A program made the position numbers and the translations under genes. A stretch of 64,000 nucleotides of DNA. Source: Felis catus (Eukaryota). The stretch is taken from positions 160,148,001 to 160,212,000 of the forward strand of contig NC_058368.1 of NCBI RefSeq assembly GCF_018350175.1. Reading direction: 5' to 3'. Positions within the stretch are counted from its first letter, which is position 1, and each line of letters starts with the position of its first letter. Positions 38,692-50,799 of the stretch are shown here, piece after piece. Under the pieces are notes generated by a model. It saw nothing but the letters and a program-made list of their open reading frames with translations, ran no database searches and had not been told where the DNA came from.

Positions 38692-39134
38692 CACTTGTCT
38701 TTTTTTAAACTTAGACTTCTATAGCTGCTTAATAGGTATCTCTTTCACTCACTTCCTATGTCCTTACTTTATTCTAAGTACTGGAGAAATTAAGGAAGTA
38801 TTGGCTCTGATTTCAAGAAGCTCATGCCATTGTCTATTTTGATAAATATCATCTCCTCAAACTCAGAACAGTGCCTACTGTGTAGGGTATTTGATGAATA
38901 TTTGAAGACTGGATGAATATAATTGATGAGAAAAGATATATAGAGAAAAGCTTAGTAATATGAGACAGTATTGGAATGACAAGTGGCCTTGAAATAAGAG
39001 CTATGGAGTTTAGAATACTGAGAGTCATCAGTAGAGTACATGCATCTGAAGGCTGTATGAGATTTGGCTGGAGAGAGTTTATGTTGGTTTATAGAGACAG
39101 AAAGAGATAGCATGTATACAGTTAAAAGCAATAT

Positions 39135-39320
39135 AATCTCTGTTCAGTAGAAATTTCCTCAATGATGGAAGAATTCTATTTCTGCACTGTCTGTATGGTA
39201 CCAAGTAGCCATATGTATATAATTATATAAAATTAGCTCTACATAATTTCACTTAATTACAAAGAACATTTAAATAGCCACATGGGGTAATGGCTACCAT
39301 ATTGAGGGCATAGGTATAGA
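39135..39320. mobile_element. MER3-like hAT-Charlie non-autonomous DNA transposon
   Basis: ctgttcagtagaaatttcctcaatgatggaagaattctatttctgcactgtc...tagccatatg...ttaaatagccacatggggtaatggctaccatattg. Confidence 0.75.
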
Positions 39321-41258
39321 TAATTCAAATGTAAGGGCATATATGCAGCGATTCAGCTATAAGAATGAGCTGGGTAAGTATTGGGCATAATGAGTGCCTG
39401 AACTCAGTAACTAAAGTGACCGAAGTGGGCGTATGGAAGTTTAAAATCTAACATAAGGCTCAGGAAGGGTATATGTCTTCCTGGTGGGCCAGGAAGCTGC
39501 TATGTTTGCACTGGATTTGCCATGGCCCTATTATAGTTGTGCACACATGCACGACCTTGAAATGAGAGCTAGTTATTGAAAGATATTGAGAAAACTAAAG
39601 GAGGCAGTCAAGATTTTTAAACTGAAGTCTGTGTTTAAATCCAAGTTACTATCTTTTAAAAATGTATAGTTCTGAGATTATGTGTATCAAGACATCCAAC
39701 TCCCTTTACAGGAGTTTTCCTTAAGCTATTTGTTTCATGGGAAGCCGTGGCTTGCTAGGTAGTTAATGAAATTATTTATTTCATGGAAAGCCGGGGACAA
39801 CATTCTTTGAGTGTAAATATTTTCTAGGAAATTATGATTTGTGAAAATAGAATCTAAAATGGTTTCCTTAAATCTGCTGTAATTTGTTTGAAAGTTGTAC
39901 ATTATTTGTGTCAACTTGCTCCAAAAGATGTTTTTTATCCTTATTATGGATAGTGCTGGTAGTTAAAATTTAGCGAGCACAGTTGTGAAATGTATTCTAG
40001 TATGTTCAATTTTGCACATTTATGTGGGAAGGAGAATTGAATGAGAAGAGAAGATGGAAATGAAGGAAGGAAAGATGAGAAAACAGGACAGGGGATATAT
40101 TTACTGACTTGCCTGATGGAATATCTGCTGATTTTGAATATTTGAGGCCAAGTTCGCTATTCCTGAGATGCATGCAAGTGAAAAGGAACAGCAGCAAGAC
40201 CTCTCTAAAGTGAGAAGTATCAGAGTGTGATAAATCTCCCAGCTGTCATGGTGTCCTGCATAGTATAAGCAATGTGCATTTTCTGTGATATGGGAAAATG
40301 GAAGTGGATGGGCAAAGAGAATATTTTTCCTTCCAGATATCAAGGTCATTTTATGAGATGTAAAGACAGAAGTGTCTTTGGGAGGAATTCTGCTCACTCC
40401 CAGCGAGCTTTTATCGATCTACTATAAAAAGCCAATTTCTACTTTCATATGTGTAGAACTCCTATTGAGGTCAAAGGTAAAGGACACACCTGGATCCAAA
40501 AGAGATGTTTTAGCTTGAATTTTCTAAAAATAAATTTCAGCAGGAAAAAAGTTAATATGAAATATTAAGCCCAGAAGTTTCATTCCACACAGTGATATCT
40601 CTGTAATGTTTCTTTCCTCTGCAGGAAACTTGATCCACTCTATATTTGTTTTGAAATTGCTTGGTTGGTCCATCTATCTCACTTCCAAAGATTACCTTTA
40701 TTCTCCTCCTCAGCCATTTAAAGGAAAAGACAGAAAAGAAAATGTCCAACACAAAGCCTGCCAGAAACTTGAGTTTTTAATTTGAAGCTATTTGTTTTAC
40801 TATTAAGTAGTAACAGTTGAGTAGTTTGGGGCAAGCTACATTAAACCCTTTGATATTCAGATTTAGCAGTTTTAGATTGGGCATAATGATCCCTGTCAAT
40901 TGTTGATGAAAGAATTCAATAGGGCTTTTTGTGTTGCTGTTTTTAAATGGAAAATATTCATGGTTCAAGCCAGATGAGTTTTTGTGCCCTTCTATTTGCA
41001 ATCTTGCCTTCATTTATATTAGACCAGTTATTGGGTGCTTACTGTGTTAAAGATATTCTTCAGGTCCCATTGTAAAGAAGAGTTTTGTGATTGGAGTAAA
41101 ATCAGTTTTTAAAAGAAATCCTAACAAAGATTTTTGATTTTTTGAGTAATTTTATTTTTCAATGAAACATATTTCTAAATTTTTAATTGATTTCTGACAA
41201 AGAAATTTTTCCCCACCTTGCTGGAACACTTATATTTCTTTAGAATATAAAGAATTAA

Positions 41259-41440
41259 GGGGCACCTGGGTGGCTCAGTGGGTTGAGTCTGATTTCATTC
41301 GGCTTAGGTCATGATTTCATGGTTTGTGAGTTTGAGCCCCGTGTTGGGCTCTGTGCTGACAGCTCAGAGCCAGGAGCCTGCGCTGACAGCTCAGAGCCTG
41401 GAGCCTGCTTCGGATTCTGTGTCTCCCTTTCTCTGCTCCT

Positions 41441-41490
<50 letters not shown>

Positions 41491-41527
41491 AATATAAATA
41501 AACATTACAAAAAATTAAAAAGAAAAA
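41259..41527 (+). mobile_element. CanSINE with internal 27-bp tandem duplication and long (CT)n
   Basis: ggggcacctgggtggctcag head; TSD aaagaat(t)taa at 41249-41258 and 41528-41538. Confidence 0.96.
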
Positions 41528-41967
41528 AAAGAATTTAATCCTATGGCTCCAGAAGTCTTGATAACAGAGTCTTCAGCAGACAGTCCATCCCTGATCCCTG
41601 ATTCTGTCCCAAAATCTGGACCTGTAGAAAAGCTGTGGACACCCTCACAACAATTTAATGTAGTAATTGAATTAGCCTCTCTTGGGGGTAGTAACGACCT
41701 CTTTAAGCCTTCTGAAAAGTCTGCTGGGACTCTATACATCAAGGCTGGAAGCAAAGGGGCTTCTTGGACTTTCTGGTGAATTTTGGAATTGCAACATTAT
41801 GTGCAGGATCAAGAGTCCATCTGAAAGACTGGCTAGGTGTATGACTTATGGTTATGATTATTCACCTTGTTATTTCCTAAACACAAGTTGGACTTAATCG
41901 AACCTAAAGTATATCCCACCATAATCTTGCTCCACTAGTCCTTTTCCATTAGCAAGGTACCACTGAC

Positions 41968-42667
41968 TGGTGGGGCAAGCTGACGGCAAAGTACAGACTG
42001 GCACCCCCCAACCTCTCCAGTGGAATATGTGTGATATTCCTTGGACACTCCTGGCTCCCCAAGAACTAAGGGAAGGGGTTTAAGTGCTTTCCATGCTCAT
42101 GTGGGAAACTAAGGCAAATTAAAAATTTAAATTCCCTTACTGCCTATAGCCTACAAGTCCTTGAGACTGGCAGAGTGACCTCTCTCTAGGAGCTCAGCTG
42201 CCTCAAGGATGACACTTTGCTGGGGGCAAAAAAGAACCTTAGCTTAACATTATCCCAACCTCGAGGATCCTGTAAGTCTACTTCCTTTATATCAACTGCC
42301 CAAAGATATATGCTGGCAATCATACTCCAAGTTTATGCTCCCCCCACCGCCAGTATACATCTGAAGGGTCTCATCACTGAGGTTTTATTAAACTGTAATA
42401 AGTGGCATTTCCCTAGCAACAGCTAGCCCCTCAAGGTCCTGGAAACCTTGCTTCCAAAATACCTTCGACACTTACTCTATCTCTAACTCCCTCCCAACCT
42501 GAGGGTATATAACCAGTTACCCATCATGACCCCAGTGCAGCTCTTCCTGCCCATGGATCTTGTCCCTGTGCTTTAATAAAATCACCTTTTTGCACTAAAG
42601 ATGTCTTCAAGAATTCTTTCTTGGCCATAGGCTCTGGACAACCCCATCATCACCCCAAACTTCATCA
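41968..42667 (+). mobile_element. Solo ERV LTR (700 bp, probably a carnivore-specific family)
   Basis: TG...CA termini, perfect 5-bp TSD ctgac (41963-41967, 42668-42672), TATA-like gtatataa at ~42505, AATAAA at ~42575. Confidence 0.9.
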
Positions 42668-43548
42668 CTGACAGTGCCTCTTCCCAGTGTTAACTAAGGG
42701 GTCCTTTTTTTCAGGGATGGTATATATGTGTATATGTAAATTTACACCTTGTTTCTTCAGTTTACTAGCTGTTTTCCTCTCCATTGATATATGCCATTTA
42801 ACCTCCCAAAGCCCATATTACTCAAAGTTTTGAACTATTTAAAACAAGCCAAACTTCCTGTGTCCTTTTTTTTCCTGTCTAGGTTTCCGTGTTAACATTT
42901 GGTGTCCTGCATGTATCGTTCAAGAAGAATAAAAATATTCAAGGTCACTTTAAGGAACAGGACAGGTAATTCTTTACATATATATTTTTTCAAAATGGAA
43001 ATTTTCAAAAATACACAAAAGAAGAGAGACTAGTGTAATGAACCTACACCTATCTTCAACAATTACCAACTTTTCCCAAATGTTTTATCACCTTTTATCT
43101 TGTTGGTCTATTTTAAAGCTAATCTAAAACATCATACCATTCTACATATAAATACACTGTTCTGCATTTCTAACATATAAAGAGAAATTTAAAATATAAC
43201 TATCATGCAGTAATCATTTCTAACAAATGTAACAATAATGCTTTCATATCATTTATATCTAAAGTCCTTACATTTTTCTGATGATCTCAGTGATGTCATT
43301 TTGAAATCAGGGTCAAAAAAGTCCATAGTTGTATTTAATTATTGTGTCTCTAAAATCTCTTACTCTACTAAAGTCTTCCCTTATATGCCACTTTCTTTTG
43401 GGTAATTGATTTGTTTGAGAAATCAGTTAATTTTTCCAGTAGAATGTTCTGCATTCTGAATTTGACTGGTAGTTTTGTTGTGGTATTATTAAATGGCTGC
43501 TCTCTTCCCTGTTTCCTGTTCACTATTCATTGGAACTAGAAGCAGTAT

Positions 43549-43941
43549 TGAGGTGGGAAAACAAAGGCAGAAGGAAATGGCAGATAAAATTAAATTTCCT
43601 TATAACCTGAAGCCCATTGACGAATACTTGAGACTGGCAAAGTAAGTTTCTCCAGGAAAAACAAACTTAGCTTGGCAATAGCTAAGCCTCCAGTATCCTG
43701 TGAGTCTTCTTTAGCAAATGAAAATTCCATTGGAAATTTCCCCTTGACTTTATCTCCCCTAGCTCCCGAATATATAACCAGTCTCTCCACAGGGTCCAGG
43801 GTAGCTCTTCCTGCCCACAGGTCCTGCTCCTGTGCTTTAATAAAATCACCTTTTTTTGCACCAAAGATGTCTTCAAGAATTCTTTCTTGGCCGTTGGCTC
43901 TGGACCCCATGAACACCTCCCATAACCTCCAAACCTCATCA
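43549..43941 (+). mobile_element. Solo ERV LTR (393 bp), related to 41968-42667
   Basis: TGAGG...CCTCATCA termini; possible 4-bp TSD gtat/ttat; atatataacc and AATAAA; R/U5 nearly identical to the upstream LTR (gctttaataaaatcaccttttt...aaagatgtcttcaagaattctttcttggcc). Confidence 0.9.
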
Positions 43942-44120
43942 TTATGAGACTCAGAACCAAACTGTGAGGGAAGAATACTTCATAGTAACCACTGTGCCCT
44001 TCATAGTACATCACATCTTGAAGCCTGTTCTCCTTTGTTGATTAATGATTGATGACACTAAGATGAATCAGTTGGTTTAGGTGGAACCTCCATTATAAAG
44101 AAGACCACATGGGACCTTAA

Positions 44121-44245
44121 CCTGTAAGATACTGTAATCACAAGATACCTTGTAGTTTTAGCACCCATTGTTGATTATTGTCCTGTAAGATACTGTAGTC
44201 ACAAGATACCTTGTAGTTTTAGCACCCATTGTTGATTATGTCCTG
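44121..44245 (+). repeat. 61-bp tandem duplication (2 copies)
   Basis: Units 44121-44181 and 44182-44241 differ by one substitution and one 1-bp indel; cctg at all three junctions. Confidence 0.97.
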
Positions 44246-44302
44246 ATTCATCATTTAATTGTGATTGTAAAATGGTGATTTCTTTTTTCTTCATTAAAGG
44301 CT

Positions 44303-46060
44303 TTTTTAAAAATAAATTTTAAGTTTATAGAAAAGTTCAAAGTACAGTACAGGAAGATTGTTTTTTCCTATATCTTTAAAAGTTTGCTAATGATATGATG
44401 CCCAACTATCCCCTAACAATTTAGTGTGTATTTCTGGCAACAAGGACATTCTCCTACATATATTCACAACTGAAACATCAACAAGAACAAATTAATATTG
44501 ACACATTACTGTCATCTAATCTTAGACCCCATTCAAATTTTGCCAAGTATCTCAGTAATGTCCTTCATAAAAAAACGATCCAGTTCAGGATCATGCATTG
44601 TCTTTAAGATCCTTTGGTTTTTTAATCTGGAACAGTTTCTCAGTAATTCCTTGATTTTCATGGCCTTGGATTTCTTGAAGTCTGTTATTTTGTAGTATGT
44701 CCTTCAACTTGTGTTTGGTATTTCCTGATGAGTAGATTTGGGTTATGCATCTTTGGCAGAAATACTATAAAAGTGGTGTTGTATTCTTGTTGCATCCTAT
44801 CAGGTGACTCATGATTTTGATTTGTCCCATTACTGATGATGTTCACTTTCAATAATGATTAATGAAGATGGGGTCTGTCCAGTTTCTCCACTGTAAAGTT
44901 ACTCCTTAATCCTCTGCAATTCCATTTTATGGAGAGGTTACTTCAAACTATTTAAATATTGCACTGTTTCTTGAAATTTTACATTTATTTATTAAGTTAT
45001 AGTAATATGGACTGATATATAATATTTTATTTTACTCAATGAGTTATAATTCATTAATATTATTTTTAATTTTGATGCTGAAATCAATTTGACCAGAGCT
45101 CCTTGAACATTGGCCTTGTGTGCTTTTGACATGTCCCCATTATTTTTCTAGTACCTACCTACTTTATGATATAAGATGATCCAGGCATATCATGGCCTTT
45201 CATTGCTCAGCCATTTCTCCAAGAATCCCCGGTTCCTTTTTTGTGGAGATTAGTATTTAAAAACCAAGATCGGACACTGGGTGTGCTCATTGCTATTGGA
45301 ATGTCACCGTTCCCAGGTCCTCTCAGTGGGCAGAGCTACATACCTATATAGATGTATACACACATGTTTGCATCAATATTTATTTCTCTTTATATCTGAA
45401 TATATTGAAAATCCCTCCAATACTTCCACTGTCATCTAACATCACAGGATTTATTCTGTTTTTCTCTCTAACACTTTACTCTAAAAAAATTTTTTTTTTT
45501 ACTTTTTGATTATTTCTCCTTTATGTGCTCAGTTGTTCATTGTTCCCATAACCCTTTTCTAGGCAGATGCCCCTCCCCCAACTTGAGCTTTATTGTCCTA
45601 GCAATATCTGATAGTGGTCAATGGGTTTTTTAGAAAAATATAATTGTGAAGTCCTGAACTTTTGTTTTTATAATCGAATTTGATGTGTTTAAATTTATTG
45701 TTATTCCTTTTGATGTTCAAGTTATCAGTATCTTTAGGATATTGTGAACCCCTTTATGTTGACTTCTATGTCCTTGTGACATTGACCCCATTTGTCTTGG
45801 ACAGCGCTTTACTTTCTGGCACAGCAAAATGATCCAATCTGTGGTATATACTTATGTTCTAGATATGGAATAATCAAAGCCTACTCAGAAATGATATTTA
45901 AAAATCACAATCTAGGAAATAGAGGTATCATTACTGTGTAATCATTGTTTCTGGGCCTTTTCAGTGGATAGAGTTAGAAAACATACAAAGTTTATTTTTT
46001 AAGAGTAAAAAATTGTGAGTTATGATGTTTTTTATTCAAATTCGAATTTACTAGTACACA
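44303..46060 (-). mobile_element. Old L1MC-like 3' region(s)
   Basis: aattttaagtttatagaaaagttcaaagtacagtacag...caaggacattctcctacata...ttgcatcctatcaggtg...aaaccaagatcggacactgggtgtgctcattgctattgg; homologous to 3790-5060; the right part may be a second nested L1M. Confidence 0.7.
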
Positions 46061-46101
46061 GAGTTAGATGAACATGAGCTTAAGGTTAAAATTAGACTGG
46101 A

Positions 46102-46323
46102 GGGGGGCACCTGGGTGGCTCAGTCAGTTGAGCATCTGACTTTGGCTCAGGTCATGATCTTGTGGTTTGTGAGTTCGAGCCCTGCATCAGGCCCTTTGCT
46201 AACAGCTTAGAGCCTGAGGCCTGTTTCAGATTCTGTCTCCATCTCTCTCTGTCCCTCCCTCACCTCACACACTATTTATCTCTCTCTCTCTCTCAAATAT
46301 AAATAAACATTAAACAACAAAAA
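46102..46323 (+). mobile_element. CanSINE
   Basis: ggggggcacctgggtggctcag head, CT tract, A tail; degenerate TSD aaaattagactggagg / aaaactagatcagagg. Confidence 0.95.
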
Positions 46324-46344
46324 AAAACTAGATCAGAGGCCAAA

Positions 46345-47067
46345 TCTACCCAAGAATTCTGACACCAGCTGCAAGTTTGGGACTCCCTAAGGCCATCTGA
46401 CTTCAGATCAGCTGGCTACAAGTTTAGAGTCCCCATGGACTCCCTCAGGTATGAAAATTAGCTGGAATGAATCACAGAATTCATGACTGCTCTACACTTA
46501 TGATTATAGTTTTACTACAGCAAAATATACAAATAGAATTTGACAAAGGAAGAAACATGCTGGGAGGAATCTGCAACCAGGGTTGGGTGGGGATTCCAAG
46601 TTTGAAGATTCCATGTTCTCAGTGGTGTGTTACTTTTGCAGAATTGATGTGTGACAATATACACATGCAGTATTGCTAACCCAGGAAGCTCACCTGAGCT
46701 TCTATGTCCAAAGTTTTTATTGAGGTTTCATGGTCTAGGTTTGATTGATCAAATCATTATCCACATGGTTGAACTCAATCTCCAGCCTCTTCTTTCCCCT
46801 GCAGGTCAAACTTGTATCATATGGCTCGAAACTCCAACATGAAGCACATGTTTAGTCTTTCTGATATGGCTAGCTAACATCTTGAATCATTTCATTAACA
46901 TAATCTACCTAGAAATGCACCAGGAGTCTACTGGGCAGAATAAGCTATCAAGTATGGCCTGGATACCAAAGACACTTCTATCATTTAGGAATTCCTAAGA
47001 GTTTAAAGGTTACTTCCCAGGAGTTGGGCATATTTCTTTTTGGGGAAAATTAGTTGTTTACTACACA
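46345..47067. mobile_element. MER21-like ERVL LTR
   Basis: aattctgacaccagctgcaagtttggg...cagctggctacaagtt...tcacagaattcatg...ccaggaagctcacctgagc...tttactacaca terminus. Confidence 0.7.
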
Positions 47068-47264
47068 ACAAGGTTTACTTAATGCTTTTGCTTTATAATC
47101 ATGTCCCCTTTATGCTAAAACTTCTGGTTTAGTAAATATAAGAAGGCCATCTATAAGACATTATGCCAAAAAAATGAGGTCATAAATGAATATTATACTG
47201 TATGGTATAACATACAAGGGCTGGATGGGTGTGAATGAGAATAACCATAAGTAGTTTAATGGAA

Positions 47265-47605
47265 GAGGCAGATTAGGGTAAGTCAACTTGTTGTTATTAA
47301 TAGAAACCCAAATGTAAGTTTCAACATATTAGAAGTTTATTGTTTGCTCATGTAACAGTCCAAGGGCTTCTGGGTTTCATATAGTGATCAAGAATCCAGG
47401 CTAATTGCAGAAGCTGCAGCTTAAACACATAATTTTTAAAGTTAATCTGGATATCACCATCCCAGTCTCCTGGTTGTAGGAAACAGCATGAAGCAGTGAG
47501 TGCAGGAGTCTTTATGAATTATACCCGGAAGTGACTCTGGTATGAATATGTTCCTAGCAGGAAGGTAAGAATTAATTTGGTGGTCAGTTGGCAGTCTCCA
47601 TCACA
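47265..47605 (-). mobile_element. Degenerate MaLR LTR (MLT1J-like)
   Basis: agaagtttattgtttgctcatgtaacagtccaa...cccggaagtgac...ttggtggtcagttggcagtctccatcaca. Confidence 0.55.
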
Positions 47606-47976
47606 TGGAGCTTGAGTTGAACTTTGAAGAAGAAATATGATTGGAGAAAAAAGGAATATATTTTGGGAGAAGCTAGAGAACAGAGAGCAAGGCAGATAAG
47701 AGTCAAGTTACATGGTTGGGAGAAAGTAAATTGTTAGGAAGAGCTAGAGGCATGATTTGATAGATTGTTCCTTGAATCACATGGATTTATAAGCACTTGC
47801 TTAAAAATTAGTTTCTTCGACTAGATTATCACCTTCTTGCATGGTATCTGTCACATGGTGGATATCCAGTCAATGTTATGAAATCAGGATGCTAAATTTA
47901 ATTACATAAACATTTAGTTTAATCAGAACCATGCTCCCTTTGAGAAATAACTTATCTGCCATCTTCAGGCATAAAA

Positions 47977-48813
47977 ATTTTTATTTTTAAAAATTTATTT
48001 AAATTCTATTTAGTTAATATACAATGCAGTATTGGTTTCAGGAGCAGAATTCAGTGATTCATCATTTACATACAACACCCAGTGCTCATCATAACAAGTG
48101 CCCTCCTAGTACCCATCTGCCATCTAGCCCATCCCCCCCCACCTCCCTCTATCAACCCTCAGTTTGTTCTCTATCTTTAGACGTCTCTTATGTTTTGTTT
48201 CCCTATCTCTTTCTCCCCCCTTTCATATGTTCATCTGTTTTATTTCTTAAATTCTACATATGAGTGAAATCATATTGTATTTGTCTTTCTCTGACTTATT
48301 TTGCTTAGCATAATATGCTTTAGTTCCATCCACATTGTTGCAAATGGCAAGATTTCATTTTTTGATGACTCAGTAATATTCTATTGTGTACATATACCAC
48401 ATCTTCTTTTTCTTTCTTTCTTTCTTTTTTTTTTAAACTTTATTTTTTTTAATTTACATCCAAATTAGTTAGCCTATAGTGAAGCAATGATTTCAGGAGT
48501 AGATTCCTTAATGCCGCTTACCCATTTAGCCCATCCCCCCTCCCACCACCTCTCCAGAAACCCTCAGTTTGTTCTCCATATTTATGAGTCTCTTCTGTTT
48601 TGTCCCCCTCCCTGTTTTTATACTATTTTTGTTTCCTTTCCCTTATTTTCATCTGTTTTGTCTCTTAAAGTCCTCATATTAGTGAAGTCATATGATTTTT
48701 GTCTTTCTCTGACCGACTAATTTCACTTAGCATAATACCCTCCAGTTCCATCCACGGAGTTGCAAATGGCAAATGGCAAGATTTCATTCTTTTTGATTGA
48801 CGAGTAATACTCC

Positions 48814-48863
<50 letters not shown>

Positions 48864-49330
48864 ACATTTTCTTTATCCATTCATCCATCAGTGGACATTT
48901 GGGCTCTTTGCATACTTTGGCTATTGTTGATAGTGCTGCTGTAAACATGGGGTGCATGTGTCCCTTCGAAACAGCACACCTGTATCCCTTGGATAGATGC
49001 CTAGTAGTGCAATTGCTGGGTAGTAGGGTAGTTCTATTTTTAGTTTTTTGAGGAACCTCCATACTCTTTTCCAGAGTACCACATCTTCTTTATCCATTCA
49101 GCAGCCTATGGACATTTGAGCTTTTTCCATGGTTTTGCTATTGTTGATAATGCTGCTATAAACAACAGGGTCCATGTACCCCTTCAAATCTGTATTTTTG
49201 TATACTTTGGTTAAATACTTAGTAGTGCAATTGCTGGATCTTAGGGTAGTTCTATTTTTAACTTTTTGAGAACCCTCCAGACTGTTTTCTGAGTGGCTGC
49301 ACCAGTTCGCCTTCCCACCAAAAGTGCAAA
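47977..49330 (-). mobile_element. Older carnivore L1 3' end, split by a younger L1
   Basis: ttagttaatatacaatgcagtattggtttcaggag...cattgttgcaaatggcaagatttcatt...taccacatcttcttt, resuming at 49077 with atccattca...agtgcaattgctggatc...cttcccaccaaaagtgca. Confidence 0.9.
48410..49076 (-). mobile_element. 5'-truncated felid L1, same 3' UTR type as the full-length copy; contains (TA)n at ~48816-48860
   Basis: Perfect 15-bp TSD taccacatcttcttt at 48395-48409 and 49077-49091; caatgatttcaggagtagattccttaatgcc is the exact reverse complement of text at ~20462-20492. Confidence 0.95.
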
Positions 49331-49383
49331 GGATGCATCAGTTTTAAAAGAGATCTCTTGAACTAATACTCTAATCAATGTGT

Positions 49384-49417
<34 letters not shown>

Positions 49418-49550
49418 TGTATGTATTTTAAAAGCAGAGAATTTAGGTGTATTTTAGAATGATTTACTCGGAACAACCAGATAACTTTTCATAGTTTTTA
49501 TTTGCTCTTCTCTTATGCACACTGGATTTATGGTCAAAATGACCTGCATG

Positions 49551-49768
49551 GGGGTGCCTGGGTGGCTCAGTCGGTTAAGCATCCGACTTCAGCTCAGGTC
49601 ACGATCTCGCGGTCCGTGAGTTCGAGCCCCGCCTCGGGCTCTGGGCTGACAGCTCAGAGCCTGGAGCCTGCTTCCGATTCTGTGTCTCCCTCTCTCTCTG
49701 CCCCTCCCCCGTTCATGCTCTGTCTCTCTCTGTCCCAAAAATAAATAAACGTTAAAAAAAATTAAAAA
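49551..49768 (+). mobile_element. Felid CanSINE (fairly young)
   Basis: CpG-rich; TSD aaaatgacctgcatg (49536-49550) and aaaaagatctgcatg (49769-49783). Confidence 0.97.
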
Positions 49769-50269
49769 AAAAAGATCTGCATGTTATGAACAGAGATTGA
49801 AATACATTTTTTTTACTGTAAACATAGGTATTATATTTATAGTGAAGGAAGATATCTTTAAGATAGACTACAAATGAAGCTACTCAAAAGAAGAAAAATA
49901 TGAAGATAGAAAAATATTAAATGATTATAGAGATGTATGAGATATAAATATCCTTTTTTATTCTTATCTCTTTATTTATTTGGAAGATGAAAAATCATTC
50001 TGAATGAAAGCACTTTGATTATAGTATTTACTATGATTTTGTGTCTACTGATATGAGTTTTGTTCTTATTTCTACTCAGAGCACAGAATTTAATAATAAA
50101 GCATAACAACACTGATAATTTTTATTCTGAGTATATAGCTTGACTTCTTAAGGATCTGAAAAAGTAGCTGAAAATATTGCAGGGAGAGAAATGACTAGGA
50201 AAAAAATTATGTGTCGCTTGGCCTATACCTCTGACTGAATTTGTTTAGAATGGAGAATTTCAGTTACTA

Positions 50270-50799
50270 TGCAACTTCTTGCTTTTGACCATTCAGTTCC
50301 AGTATCTATCCTCTGCCATGCACTGTGCCCAGAGACACTAGGATGGGATTTCTTGTCCTCTGGCTTCAGTCTGGGTTCAGACAGTGGAAGCATTTGCAGT
50401 ATAGGTCACAGGGAGAGAGGAAAAATTTATTCCTCTAGTTTCTACACTGTGGCATTGTGCCACAAAATAAATGTATCCTTTGTCTAAAATTTACAGCTCC
50501 TTTCAGTTAGCTCTCTGTGTACAATGTGCTCTCCCTCTCTCTCTCTCTCTGTCTCTTGCTGTCTGTATGTCTTTCTCTATTTCTGTCTTGTGTGTTCTGG
50601 AGACACTCCATATGACTCTCATTGCTTCAGGCCTGCAGGTGTTAGCATTGTCCTACTGTTACTGGCCCCAGGATACTACACTACCTTTTATGGTTTCCTT
50701 ACATTCTGTCCACACCTTTGTAAACAGATCCATTTATGAAATTCTCCTCACATAACAAATTTGAGACGTTATTATTTTTGGGCCAAGACCTGTCTGCAG
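50270..50799 (+). mobile_element. LTR33-like ERVL LTR
   Basis: gtcctctggcttcagtctgggttcagacagtgg...cttcaggcctgcaggtg...ctgttactggccccagg...ccacacctttgtaaa...aaattctcctca...aatttgag follows the LTR33 consensus as recalled. Confidence 0.7.

Larger units (their letters stand above)
42985..44285 (-). mobile_element. Ancient L1ME-like 3' fragment interrupted by an LTR
   Basis: ggaaattttcaaaaatacacaaaagaagagagactagtgtaatgaacc...; continues after 43941 to gattgtaaaatggtgattt. Confidence 0.6.
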
